Shown here one piece after another: positions 50,721-63,400 of a stretch of DNA of 64,000 nt. Every line of letters starts with the position of its first letter. The first letter of the stretch is position 1. Under the pieces are notes generated by a model. It saw only the letters and a program-made list of their open reading frames with translations, ran no database searches and was not told where the DNA came from. The DNA lies in contig NC_052156.1 of assembly GCF_902713615.1 (NCBI RefSeq), positions 30,159,287 through 30,223,286 on the forward strand, written 5' to 3'. The position numbers were made by a program, and so were the translations under genes. The DNA comes from Scyliorhinus canicula. Lineage: Eukaryota.

Positions 50721-50957
50721 CCAAGGACTGAACTCACCTCCCAGAAACACCTCCCAAGTGAAACATCAGCCATGCAAGAACCCACAGAACTCATGACCAG
50801 TAATACAAAGTTTCTTGGGTGGACAATCATACTCGCTAGCAAATGATTTCCGAAGAAGATGTATATTTAATCGATAAGAATCCTCCTCAAGTTTTTCACC
50901 ATCTTTTATAAAGCCATTGAAACGTATAACTCCCAATTCTGCAATCATGTTGCAATT

Positions 50958-53440
50958 GGATTGGATTTGTTTATTGTCACGTGTACCGAGGTACAGTGAA
51001 AAGTATTTTTCTGCTCAACAGATCATTCAGTACATTGAAGAAAAGGGAATTAAACAAAATTCAAGAAAATACATGAGAATACATAATAGGGCAACACAAG
51101 ATATACAATGTAACTACATAAGCATTGGCATCGGTTGAAGCATACAGGGTGTAGTGTTAATGAGGTCAGTCAATAAAAGGGTCATTTAGGAGTCTGGTGA
51201 CAGTGGGGAAGTAGCTGTTTTTGAGTCTGTTCATTCGTGTTCTCAGACTTGCCCGATGGAAGAAGTTGGAAAAGTGAGTAAGCGGGTGGGAGGGATCCTT
51301 GATTATGCTGCCCGCTTTCCCCCGGCAGCGGGAGGTGTAGATGGAATCAATGGATGGGAGGCAGGTTCGTGTGATGGACTGGGCGGTATTCACGACTCTC
51401 TGAAGTTCCTTGCGGTCCTGGGCCGAGCAGTTGCCATACCAGGCTGTGATGCAGCCCGATAGGATGCTTTCTATAGTGCATCTGTAAAAGTTGGTAAGGG
51501 TTAATGTGGACATGCCGAATTTTCTTAGTTTCCTGAGGAAGTATAGGCGCTGTTGTGCTTTCTTGGTGATAGCGTCGACGTGAGTGGACCAGGATAGATT
51601 TTTGGTGATGTGCACCCCTAGGAATTTGAAACTGCTAACCATCTCCACCTCGGCTCCGTTGATGCTGACAGGGGTGTGTACAGTACTTTGCTTCCTGAAG
51701 TCGATGAACAGCTCTTTAGTTTTGCTAGCATTGAGGGAGAGATTGTTGTCGTTACACCACTCCACTAGGTTCTCTATCTCCCTCCTGTATTCGGACTTGT
51801 CGTTATTCGAGATCCGGCCCACTATGGTCGTATCGTCAGCAAACTTGTAGATGGAGTTGGAACCAAGTTTTGCCACGCAGTCGTGTGTGTACAGGGAGTA
51901 GAGTAGGGGGCTAAGTACGCAGCCTTGTGGGGCACCGGTATTGAGGAGGAGCTGTTGGTGTTCATTCTTACTGATTGTGGTCTGTTGGTCAGAAAGTCAA
52001 GGATCCAGTTGCAGAGTGGAGAGCCAAGTCCTAGGTTTTGGAGCTTTGATATGAGCTTGGCTGGGATTATGGTGTTGAAGGCGGAGCTGTAGTCAATAAA
52101 TAGGAGTCTGATGTAGGAGTCCTTGTTTTCGAGATGCTCTAGGGATGAGTGTAGGGCCAGGGAAATGGCATCTGATGTGGACCGGTTGCGACGGTATGCG
52201 AATTGAAGTGGGTCAAGGCGTTCCGGGAGTATGGAGGTGATGCGCTTCATGATCAGCCTCTCGAAGCACTTCATTACAACTGACGTCAGGGTCACCGGGC
52301 GGTAGTCATTGAGGCATGTTGCCTGGTTCTTCTTTGGTACCGGTATGGTCTTCTTGAAGCAGGTGGGGACCTCGGAGTGGAGTAGGGATAGGTTAAAGAT
52401 GTCTGTGAATACCTCTGCCAGCTGGTATGTGCAGGCTCTGAGTGCACGACCAGGGATCCCGTCCGGGCCCATCGCCTTCCGTGGGTTCACTTTCAGGAAG
52501 GCCGATCTGACTTCAGAAACTGTGATGGTGGGTATGGGTGAATTATGGGCTGCTGGGGCACTTAACAGCGGATTGTTGGTTACCTGCTCAAACCGAGCAT
52601 AGAATGCATTAAGTTCATCGGGGAGGGGTGTGCTGCTGCCTGAGATACTGCTCGGCTTCGCTTTGTAGCCCGTTATGTTGTTTAGTCCTTGCCACAACCG
52701 CCGAGAGTCTGTCTGTGACTCTAGCTTAGTTTGATATTCTCTCTTGGCATCTCGGATGGCTTTGCGGAGGTCGTACCTGGATTTCTTGTATAGGACAGGG
52801 TCGTCTGCCTTGAACGCCTCAGATCTGTCCTTCAGTAGGGAGTCAATCTCGCCGTTGAGCCATGGTTTCCGGTTGGGGAACGTACGTACTGCTTTCTTTG
52901 GCACGCAGTCGTCCACACATTTGCTGATGAAGTCTGTGACGGTGGTGGCATACTTATTTAAGTTAGTCGCTGAGTTCTTAAATATGGACCAATCCACTGT
53001 CTCTAAGCTGTCACGTAAGAGTTCTTCTGTCTCCTCGGACCAACACTGCACAACCTTCTTAGCTGGATTCTCCCGCTTGAGTTTCTGCTTGTAAGCCGGG
53101 AGAAGGAGCACAGTCTTATGGTCTGATTTCCCAAAGTGCAGTCGGGGGATGGAACGGTAGGCGCCCTTGATTTTTGAGTAGCAGTGGTCAAGAGTGTTGT
53201 CGCCCCTGGTGGGACAGGAGATGTGCTGGTGGAATTTTGGCAGTACACTCTTGAGGTTGGCTTTGTTGAAGTCTCCGGCTACAATGAACAAGGCCTCCGG
53301 GTGTTCTGTTTCGTAGTTGTTTATGACTGTGTACAGTTCATCCAGCGCCTTCCTCACTTCTGCCTGGGGTGGGATGTAGACCGCTGTGATAATGGCTGAA
53401 GTGAACTCACGTTGAAGATAGTATGGGCGGCACTTCACCT
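50958..53440 (-). mobile_element. 5'-truncated Rex1/Babar-type LINE
   Basis: ORFs 51822-53438 (VYIPP, AGDFN, SDH, LFIDYSSAFNT) and 51166-51876 (KFADD, QQRLYFLRKL); 3' end GTGACAATAAACAAATCCAATCCAA; one frameshift or deletion near 51950. Confidence 0.85.
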
Positions 53441-53616
53441 TCTAATTCACCTTCACCTTCGGATTTTACCTTCTAAATCAGTGGTGGGCAACCTAGAGTG
53501 GGTGCATAAGTGGCCCTCCTTCATCTCGCTGGCCACAAGATTTAAACCGGACATGTTCACTAACCATAACCCCATGTATAAGATTAAATACATTTAACAC
53601 GCATGGAACGTTTCAT

Positions 53617-53830
53617 TTTTAAAAAAATTTAGAGTACCCAATTCTTTTTTCCAACTAAGGGGCAATTTAGCGCGGCCAATCCACCTACCCTGCACATCTT
53701 TGGGTTGTGGGGGACGCAGACACGGGGAGAATGTGCAAACTCCACCGGTCAGTGACCCGTGGCCGGGATGGAACCCGGGTCCTCGGTGGCATGAGGCAGC
53801 AGTGCTAACCACTATGCCACCATGCCGCTC
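53617..53830 (-). mobile_element. Short A-tailed SINE variant
   Basis: Reverse copy with degenerate CATGGAAC.TT.CAT flanking repeats. Confidence 0.8.
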
Positions 53831-55499
53831 TCACATGGAACATTACATAACGAACTTTAGAGAAACAATCAACTTCAACCATGGTAAAACAAAATAATTT
53901 TTTAAATTTTGGAATCACAGGGAACACACTGCTCCCACAGTCGATGCTGTGTGCAATCAGCAGACACATCACTTCACTTACCCTTGGTTTTATGTGGGTA
54001 TCACTTCAGTCATATTGGTGAGAAAAAAAGCTACACGGACGGAAACCAGCAGAAACTTTCAACACTGTGGACAACGGTGGACAAAATGCACTCATTGGTC
54101 TAGGTGGTATTTGAGCCTCTAATTCACTCAGTTTATTTCTTGTATAGGTAGCAGACTTTATTGTGTCTTTCTACATTAATGATGCATTCCTCACACCATT
54201 TAACTTTTTTCCGGTGTTACGTTAGCCTCTTGTGAAGCATTCTTTTCATCTGAAATATCTACATCACAGCTTATAACCTGAACTCTGCTCGTATCCCATT
54301 TTAAAAGCAGCTTTTTGCTATAATTATGATGTTAATAAGATTATTATGCTTTGGGACCGTGTCTTTAATCATAGGTAAAATACAGGGAGCTACATGATCT
54401 TTCTTTTCTGAAGTCTGCCTGACAACAAGCCTAGGTCACATACCTGTTATAAGGAGACCTGGATTGATTTGCTGGAAGGAAGGTGTACGGTTTCACACTT
54501 GGAAGCAATGGCAACGGTATCTGTGCTTACAGTGGTTAGACTGGTAGTGCCATGAAGGTTACAAATGTCTAGTTTTAAACCGTTATATTACCAGTTGTCC
54601 ATTTGATTCTAGGATCAGACACAGTTGGGGTCTAAAGAATAGCTAATCAGAATTTCTATCTGGTTACAAAGCCCATGTGACCATGGACATGGGTTTTGAG
54701 AGGGGAAATGTGCCAAAGAAGCCATTGCCAAATCAGGTTACAGGCTTTCCTAAAATATCACAAAGTTAGTCTGCCTAGCTTTGAGAGTGAAAGGGCGGCT
54801 AGAGGCCGGATGTCTGGTTCACTATGCAAGAATACAGATGAGAGCTCAGGCTCAGTTTGTAAAGACAAAACCTGGGAGGAGTTAAAATGTGACTGGAAGA
54901 TTCACCTCACTTGCACAAGAGAAGGTTGTTCCAGAAAAACTCTCAACATGAACAAAGTTCTAGGATTAAAAGTTAACAGGCTAAGAAAGGGAAAGAATGA
55001 AAGTAAACCCAATGAGCCACAAATCACTTTTGACTGATTCCAGGAGAATTGAGTGGCCCAGACCTTACAGTCTCCAGATCATCGGAGATCGAACATACCA
55101 GCACCCCCCCCCCCCCCCCCCGGGATGTGCTTCAGGACCCCGTGAAAGTCTCGGACCCCCCCCCCCCCCCCCCCCCCAAAATGTGCTTCAGGACCCGCGG
55201 GAGGCTCAACACTGACTCCGGGTGAATTTCCCGGGAAGTTTGAACTTCTAATAGGCAAGTCCCCCACTCCCAAGGACCCACTGAAAAAGTCTCCGTCTCC
55301 AAGACAGTTCTGACGTACTTACTGGCTAACTATCAGGAAATGTAAGACAGAAAGATTCCAGTCCAACTCCTGGGTAACTATATAACACACAGGCCTGTTG
55401 ATGACCATTAAACTACTCCACCAAGAGGTTAACACCTACAGAGGTGGGGCAGGAAAGGAAATCAACACAAGAATAACCTGATAAACTCAGTTGGACGGC

Positions 55500-56040
55500 T
55501 TGTAAAACCATGTTTTACAGCTGCACTGTAGAAAGCATTCTATCTGGCTGCATCACAGCCTGGCATGGCAACTGCTTGGCCTAAGACTGGAAGAAACTAC
55601 AGTCGTGAACACTGCCCAGTCCATCACGCGAAACCGTCTCCCATCCATTGACTCTGTCTACACCTCCCGTTGCTTTGGGAAAATGGGCAACATAATCAAA
55701 GACCCCTCCCACCCGGGTTATTCTCGCTTCCAACCTCTTCCATCGGGCAGGATATACAAAAGTCTGTGAACATGCACTAACAGATTCAAAAACAGCTTCT
55801 TCCCCACTCTAACCAGACTCCTGAATGATCCTTTTATGGACTGAACTGATTTCGCCACGCTTCTTCCCTACTGAGTAGCACTACACTGTGTACGCTTCAC
55901 CCGATGTCTATGTATTTACTTTGAGTATCTATCGTATGAGCTATGTTTTTCATATATGGAGCAATCTATTTGGACTGTACGCAGAACAATACTTTTCACT
56001 GTACCTTGGTACCCGTGACATTCTACCCAAATCCAAAATT
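55500..56040 (+). mobile_element. Rex1/Babar 3' fragment
   Basis: Similar to the reverse complement of 51166-51490 and to the shared 3' tail. Confidence 0.75.
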
Positions 56041-57609
56041 CAAAACACAGGCACAGGTTTGTGTCTGCTCTACGGAGTTACAGAAAATGGAAATTAATAT
56101 AAACGGTTGCAAATGATTGCAGCAGCGTCCAGTTTTCTACTGGATGTTTTTATACTGTTCTCCAGTAGTAATTAATAGTACATTTGCAGTTTCTTTTGGC
56201 ATTTTAATGCTATTAAATTCTGTCATTACATTTTTCAATGATCTAATGTTCTGAATAGACTTATCCAAAAGAACTGCATATAGTTCTGTATAAAATGCAA
56301 ATTAACTTATTTTATTAAAATACATGGGACTGACAACAACTCTACAGGTATCCAATGAAATACCATGTTATCCCCACTCAATAGCAAAGAAACAAACAAA
56401 AAAAACTTAAAACAATAAACCTCCCAATTATTTATAACCACTTAAACACACTTGTTGCATCGTACGGACTCAGTTTACCGCATTAGTCCACCGTTAATCC
56501 TCACATCTGCTAAGTCAATATAAAGCGGTGAATATTTGCTTTAGTAATGTCTTCTTTGATAAGCAAGTTGTTTGCTGATTGGATCATCATGTAGAATGCT
56601 GTAATATAGCTGTCTCCAATTCAGCCACATTGCACCAGTGCATTAGTCTGAAGTTTGGGGGTGGGCATAGTAATGGACAAGATATGTCTGCTATGCAAGA
56701 GTCCATGATGTACAAGTCAGCTGTGTGTCCACCTTTGGGAAAGACTTCATGAAACTTACCAGGAATCCACACATTAAACGAAATGGATGCACCTTTTACC
56801 TTACAGGTTGGTATCATTAAATCTGAACAATGGCAACTCCCAGAATTGGTTACAAGTCCACAGATGCTGCATATTATTCGCTGGCCTACAGCACCCAAAG
56901 AAACATAACTGCACAGCTTTCTCCATTGCTCTTGACGAGATCACCAAGCAACCAGTCTTGTTGATGTTAAGGTTAAGGGATTCAAGTCTTCAGTGTGTGC
57001 AGCACGATGTAGAGAGGGTTCTGAGGCACTACGGTGGATTTTGGGTAATGAATGTTGCAACAGTTCAACAGAGGATAAAATCTGTAACAATTTCAGAAAG
57101 AAAAATCAAGCAATGGGCACACATTTGAGTCTAATACATGCAATTCATGTAGCTTGAATTACAGTTATGCAATTTAAGATGTATGGAATTATGGTTAGAA
57201 TCTATTATCCATTTTAATCCTTAAGGGGTTTCTTAAGATTCCTCGTAATTCATTTTAAGAAACCTTTTGTAATATCAATGCTGCTCCAGTCCTTTGTCTC
57301 ATCAGCTGTTTGATAGAAAAACAGTTTCATCCTTGTAACCCAATCACAAAAAATCCTGAATGTACATCTTCCATATCTGCCTGTTATTAATCATCTCCTG
57401 CATTTGTTGTATTCTGTATCTAGAATTCCATATGGTTATATCAGCTGACACATGAGCCTTCGGATTCCTAATGCAGTCAATCATTCCAGACTACCTGTGC
57501 GAATGTAATTTACTGGTGGAAATGGGAGCCTTATGCCTCGAGGCTAATCATACTCACCCTCTGCAAAACTCAGATTGAGCCTGCTCCCTAACATCTAAAT
57601 GAAAACCAA

Positions 57610-58329
57610 GGGTGGAATTCTCACAAGCTGCCGTGTTCGATGGCAAATATGACGGGAGGCCCAGGAATAAGTGTTAATTTACAGCGGGATCCTCCGCTGG
57701 TGCTCGCCATGGTGGGTTGGAAAACCCACCAGAGGCCGGTGTGAACCTTGTTTGCATCCCGTTAATGGGATGAAAACTAAGACCCCTCCTCCCCCCCCCA
57801 ACCAATGCCAGCTTGAAACATATTCGGAACAGTATAGCGTGCAGCTGTCAGGACTCACCGGAACAATACCTGGGGCAGCTTGTGGAGTTCAAGATGGAGG
57901 CTCCCTGGAACGGCACAGCTGTGGACCAAGGGTGCATCGGCAGGATGACCATCCAGATTTGGTGGCCTGGGGATAGGTCGATCATCCAACCTCAGGATTT
58001 TCCTGAAGATCGATCTTCATTCTCAGGAGATCCATCTTCTGGTCTCGAAATGCTCCTGGAGATCTATCTTCATTTTTAGGAGGTCCACCTTTCCTCAATA
58101 GAGGGTCAGCGTTATTGGGCAACCTTTCAATATGGCGTGCGAGCACAAGGGCGGATCATGTGCCCTCCAGGCCATCCCCGCCACTGAATACTGTGTGTAA
58201 CACCTGGGTGCATAATTAATGAGGTCAGGGCCAGAAGAGAGTTGGTGTGTTTCCCTGCCAACCTCCTCAGCGGGAAAGACCACGACAATAGCCGCGGCAC
58301 TTGAATTGCAAAATGGGAGAATTCCGCCT
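57610..58329. mobile_element. Non-autonomous DNA transposon remnant
   Basis: GGGTGGAATTCTC ... GAGAATTCCGCCT terminal repeats, similar to the MITE at 7477; GC-richer interior. Confidence 0.55.
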
Positions 58330-59130
58330 CAAATCATAATGGTTGTTAAATGTAGAATTTATAACAGATTGGACCGAAAATGTAATATCCAAACATATTT
58401 TCTAAATTTAAATTCAACTGGTGGGTCCACAACTTAAAATTACATTTGTTCATAACAGAACAATGCAAAAAGGTAATTATTTTATTACAGCACTTGTCTT
58501 AAAAGAGAAAGGATTGTGTACTGTTTTTTAAAGGCAATAAACATTATTCTGCAAAAGAAGCCACAGTACCAAAATGGCTCTTATCAAAGTCACAAATGAC
58601 ATCCTTTGTGACTGTGACAAAGATAAATGTTCCCTCCTTGCCCTCAACCTGTCTGCAGCCTTTGACATGATTGACCACACCATCTTCCTTCAAGGTCCGG
58701 CTGGCAGAGGGCTCAGGTCCCTGACCTGCTATTGTTTCCAGCAGGGACTAAGTGGAGAAGATGTTGTCTAATGCATTGGTAGGTTGCAATGAACATACAC
58801 TCAATTTGTAAGTGCTTAATCTTTTTTTTAAAAAGGACATTATACTCTGGCCTAAGCACACAAGATAATTATCATCATTATAAATATATCTGGTTCTTCC
58901 AAGATCATCACAAGTTGGAAAACAAGGATTGACATGGATGTGTGCAGAGCAGGAAATCACTACAAGAAAGCAGTGAAGGTGGATGTTGGAACCTTCTTTC
59001 AAGAGCGCCGGGGTCATCATTCTTAGATGGGTATTTAGAACTCTTTTCTTAATCCCCAAGGAAATAAGAATCCTTTGCCTTCAAATCACTGCTTCTTGCA
59101 AACGTTGGGAGGGCTGTCACACCTTGTCTA

Positions 59131-59390
59131 CAGTAAGAAGTCTTACAACACCAGGTTAAAGTCCAACAGGTTTGTTTCAAACACGAGCTTTCGGAGCACG
59201 GCTCCTTCTTCAGGTGAATGGAAAGGCTTGTTCCAGAAATGTTTTCTGGAACAAGCCTTTCCATTCACCTGAAGAAGGAGCCGTGCTCCGAAAGCTCGTG
59301 TTTGAAACAAACCTGTTGGACTTTAACCTGGTGTTGTAAGACTTCTTACTGTGCTCACCCCAGTCCAACGCCGGCATCTCCACATCATGG
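59131..59390. mobile_element. Palindromic Penelope-like (pLTR) insertion with a 12-bp TSD
   Basis: TSD ACACCTTGTCTA at 59119-59130 and 59391-59402; perfect inverted arms 59130-59239 and 59243-59352; hammerhead motif in each arm. Confidence 0.8.
59262..59305 (+). ncRNA. Minimal type I hammerhead-ribozyme-like motif; mirror copy on the minus strand at about 59177-59220
   Basis: CAC-CTGAAGA-A-GGAGC-cgt-GCTCC-GAAA-GCTC-GTG: conserved core boxes, a 5-bp stem II, a palindromic AGCT helix III and a short CAC/GTG stem I. Confidence 0.65.
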
Positions 59391-59879
59391 ACACCTTGTC
59401 TAGACATGGTGAAAATAAGTCTTAATCATTTTATGTAACAAGGTTAAAAAAAATACCAACAGCAGTTGAGAAGACAAACAACCCAAGTGTATTTGTCGAA
59501 GATCACCTCAAAAGTGGACCAAATTCTCAATGTCACCATTGTATATTTGCAATTGTAATCAGAATACTAAAGCACCTGATGCTATCAAAAAACATTTAGT
59601 ACCATCTGATAGTTTACAATTTCCAGAGTACGTCTGGTAGCTGCTGTACAAATGTCTATAATTTGCTTCTGGCACACTGTACTCCTTTCTAAGTTTAGCA
59701 GAAGACTACAGGATATTTGATTGCATGAGCCCGACTTAAATGGTTTCCAATCACAAAATAAATATAGATGATAGAGGTCATTCAGCCTATCTCAGTTATA
59801 AAAAGCTACAATTCTTCCAGTTATGACATGCATAACTCCTAAAGTGTATGTCTCCTCTGCTCTTTCTGGAAGTTTATTA

Positions 59880-60450
59880 GAGTCAAAGAGTTTTACAGCA
59901 CATCCGTGACAACCATCAAGCACCTAACTATTCTAATCCTATTTTCCAGCACTTGGGACCGTAGCCTTGTATTCTATGGTATTTCAAGTGCTCATCTAAA
60001 TATTTCTTAAAAGTTGTGAGGGTTCCCGCCTCTACCACACTTTCAGGTAGTGATCCAAATTCCAACCACCCTCTGGGTGAAAGTTTTTCCTCACATCTTC
60101 TCTAAACCTCCTTCCCATTATCTTAAATCTATGGCCTCTGATTATTGACCCCTCCACTAAAGGGAAAAGTACCTGACTATCCACCCGATCTATTTCCCTC
60201 ATAATTTTATACACATCAATCAGGTCTCCCCTCGGCCTTCTCTGCTCCAGGGGGAACAACCCCAGCCCTAACCAGTCTCTCTTGACAGCTGAAACAATCC
60301 AGCCCAGGCAACATTCTAGTGAATCTCCTCTGCACCCTCTCCAGTAAAATCACTTCCTTTCTATTGTGTGGTGACCAGAACTGTACACAGTACTCCAGCC
60401 GGGGCCTAACCAGCGTTTTATACAGCTCCAGCATAACTTCCTTGCTCTTA
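59880..60450 (-). mobile_element. CR1 3' fragment
   Basis: LVRPRLEYCVQFWSP, RGDLIDVYKIM. Confidence 0.8.
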
Positions 60451-60459
60451 GATATAAAT

Positions 60460-63400
60460 ATACAGAAATACAGCACAGAACATGCCCTTCGGCCCACGAT
60501 GTTGTGCCGAACTTTTATCCTAGGTTAATCATAGAATTTTGGACACTAAGGGCAATTTATCATGGCCAATCCACCCAACCTGCACATCTTTGGACTGTGG
60601 GAGGAAACCGGAGTACCCGGAGGAAACCCACGCACACACGGGGAGGATGTGCAGACTCCACACAGACAGTGACCCAAGTCGAAATCCAACTTGGGACCCT
60701 GGAGCTGTGAAGCAATTGCGCTATCCACAATGCTACCTTGCTGCCCTTAAGAAGAAATTAATCTACACTCCATTATTCTACCCTAACCCATGTACCTATC
60801 CAATAGCCACTTGAAGGTCCCTAATGTTTCCGACTCAACTACTTCAACAGGCAGCACATTCCATGCCCCCACTAGTCTCTGGGTAAAGAACCTACCTCTG
60901 ACATCCCCCCTATATCTTCCACCATTTACCTTACATTTATGTCCCCTTGTAATGGTTTGTTCCACCCGGGGAAAAATTCTCTGACTGTCTATCTATTCCA
61001 ATGATCATCTTATAAACCTCTATCAAGTCGCCCCTCATCCTTCTCCGTTCTAATGAGAAAAGGCCTAGCACTCTCAACTTTTCCTCGTAAGACCTACTCT
61101 CCATTCCAGGCAACATCCTGGTAAATCTCCTTTGCACCTTTTCCAAAGCTTCCACATCCTTCCTGGAGGTGACCAGAACTGTACACAGTACTCCAAATGT
61201 GGCCTGACCATGGTTTTGTACAGCTGCATCATCACTTCACGGCTCTTAAATTCAATCCCTCTGCTAATGAACGCTAGCACACCATAGGCCTTCTTCACAG
61301 CTCTATCCACTTGAGTGGCAACTTTCAAAGATCTATGAACATAGACTCCAAGATCTCTCTGCTCCTCTACATTGCCAAGAACCCTACCGTTAACCCTGTA
61401 TTCCGCATTCATATTTGTCCTTCCAAAATGGACAACCTCACACTTGTCAGGGTTAAACTCCATCTGCCACTTCTCAGCCCAGCTCTGCATCCTATCTATG
61501 TCTCTTTGAAGCCGACAACAGCCCTCCTCACTATCCACAACTCCACCAATCTTCGTATCATCTGCAAATTTACTGACCCACCCTTCAACTCCCTCATCCA
61601 AGTCGTTAATGAAAATCACAAACAGCAGAGGACCCAGAACTGATCCCTGCGGTACGCCACTGGTAACTGGGCTCCAGGCTGAATATTTGCCATCCACCAC
61701 CACTCTCTGTCTTCTATTGGTTAGCCAGTTCGCTATCCAACTGGCCAAATTTCCCACTATCCCATGCCTCCTTACTTTCTGCATAAGCCTACCATGGGGA
61801 ACCTTATCAAATGCCTTACTAAAATCTATGTACACTACATCCACTGCTTTACCTTCATCCACATGCTTGGTCACCTCCACAAAGAAGTCAATAAGACTTG
61901 TAAGGCAAGACCTACCCCATACAAATCCGTGCTGACTATCCCTAATCAAGCAGTGTCTTTCCAGATGCTCAGAAATGCTATCCCTCAGTACCCTTTCCAT
62001 TACTTTGCCTACCACCAAAGTAAGACTAACTGGCCTGTAATTCCCAGGGTTATCCCTATTCCCTTTTTTGAACAGGGGCACGACATTCGCCACTCTCCAA
62101 TCCTCTGGTACCACCCCTGTTGACAGCGAGGACGAAAAGATCATTGCCAACGGCTCTGCAATTTCATTTCTTGCTTCCCATAGAATCCTTGGATATATCC
62201 CATCAGGCCCAGGGGACTTGTTTATCCTCAAGTTTTTCAAAATGCCCAACACATCTTCCTTCCTAACAAGTATCTCCTCGAGCTTACCAGTCTGTTTCAC
62301 ACTGTCCTCTCCAACAATATGGCCCCTCTCGTTTGTAAATATTGAAGAAAAATACTTGATCAAGACCTCTCCTATCTCTTCAGACTCAATACACAATCTC
62401 CCGCTACTGTCCTTGATCGGACCTACCCTCGCTCTAGTCATTCTCATATTTCTCACATGTGTAAAAGGCCTTGTCGTTTTCCTTGATCCTACCCGCCAAA
62501 GATTTTTCATGCCCTCTCTTAGCTCTCCTAATCCCTTTCTTCAGTTCCCTCCTGGCTGTCTTGTATCCCTCCAGCGCCCTGTCTGAACCTTGTTTCCTCA
62601 GCCTTACATAATTCTCCTTCTTCCTCTTAACAAGACATTCAACCTCTCTTGTCAACCATGGTTCCCTCACTCGACCATCTCTTCCCTGCCTGACAGGGAC
62701 ATACATATCAAAAACACGCAGTACCTGTTCCTTGAACAAGTTCCACATTTCACTTGTGTCCTTCCCTGACAGCCTATGTTCCCAACTTATGCACTTCAAT
62801 TCTTGTCTGACAGCATTGTATTTACCCTTCCCCCAATTGTAAACCTTGCCCGGTTGCATGCACCTATCCCTCTCCATTACTAAAGTGAAAGTCACAGAAT
62901 TGTGGTCACTACCTCCAAAATGCTCCCCCACTAACAAATCTATCACCTGCCCTGGTTCATTACCAAGTACCAAATCCAATATGGCCTCCCCTCTGGTCGG
63001 ACAATCTACATACTGTGTTAGAAAAGCTTCCTGGACACACTGCACAATCACTACCCCATCCAAACTATTTGATCTAAAGAGTTTCCACTCAATGTTTGGG
63101 AAGTTGAAGTCACCCATGACTACTACCCTGTGACTTCTGCACCTTTCCAAAATCTGTTTCCCAATCTGTTCCTCCACATCTCTGCTGCTATTGGGGGCCT
63201 ATAGAAAACTCCCAACAAGGTGACTGCTCCTTTCCTATTTCTGACTTCAACCCATATTACCTCAGTAGGCAGATCCCCCTCGAACTGCCTTTCTGCAGCT
63301 ATTATACTATCTCTAATTAATAATGCCACCCCCCCCCCCCACCTCTTTTACCATCCTTCCTAATCTTGTTGAAACATCTATAACCAGGGACCTCCAACAA

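Noticed and set aside
54440-55500. Possible LTR or ERV-like segment with two C tracts
   Set aside because: No matching termini, TSD or coding motif could be established.
58748-59059. 103-aa minus-strand ORF as a possible RAF1 last exon
   Set aside because: It shows no resemblance to the RAF kinase C-terminus.
59049-59407. Pairs of near-identical ORFs on opposite strands
   Set aside because: They are a by-product of the palindrome.
864-60814. Many short ORFs with CTFSPCLRGFPPG, CGRKPEHPEETH or ANPPNLHIFGLWEE peptides
   Set aside because: These are translations of dispersed SINE copies, not a protein family.
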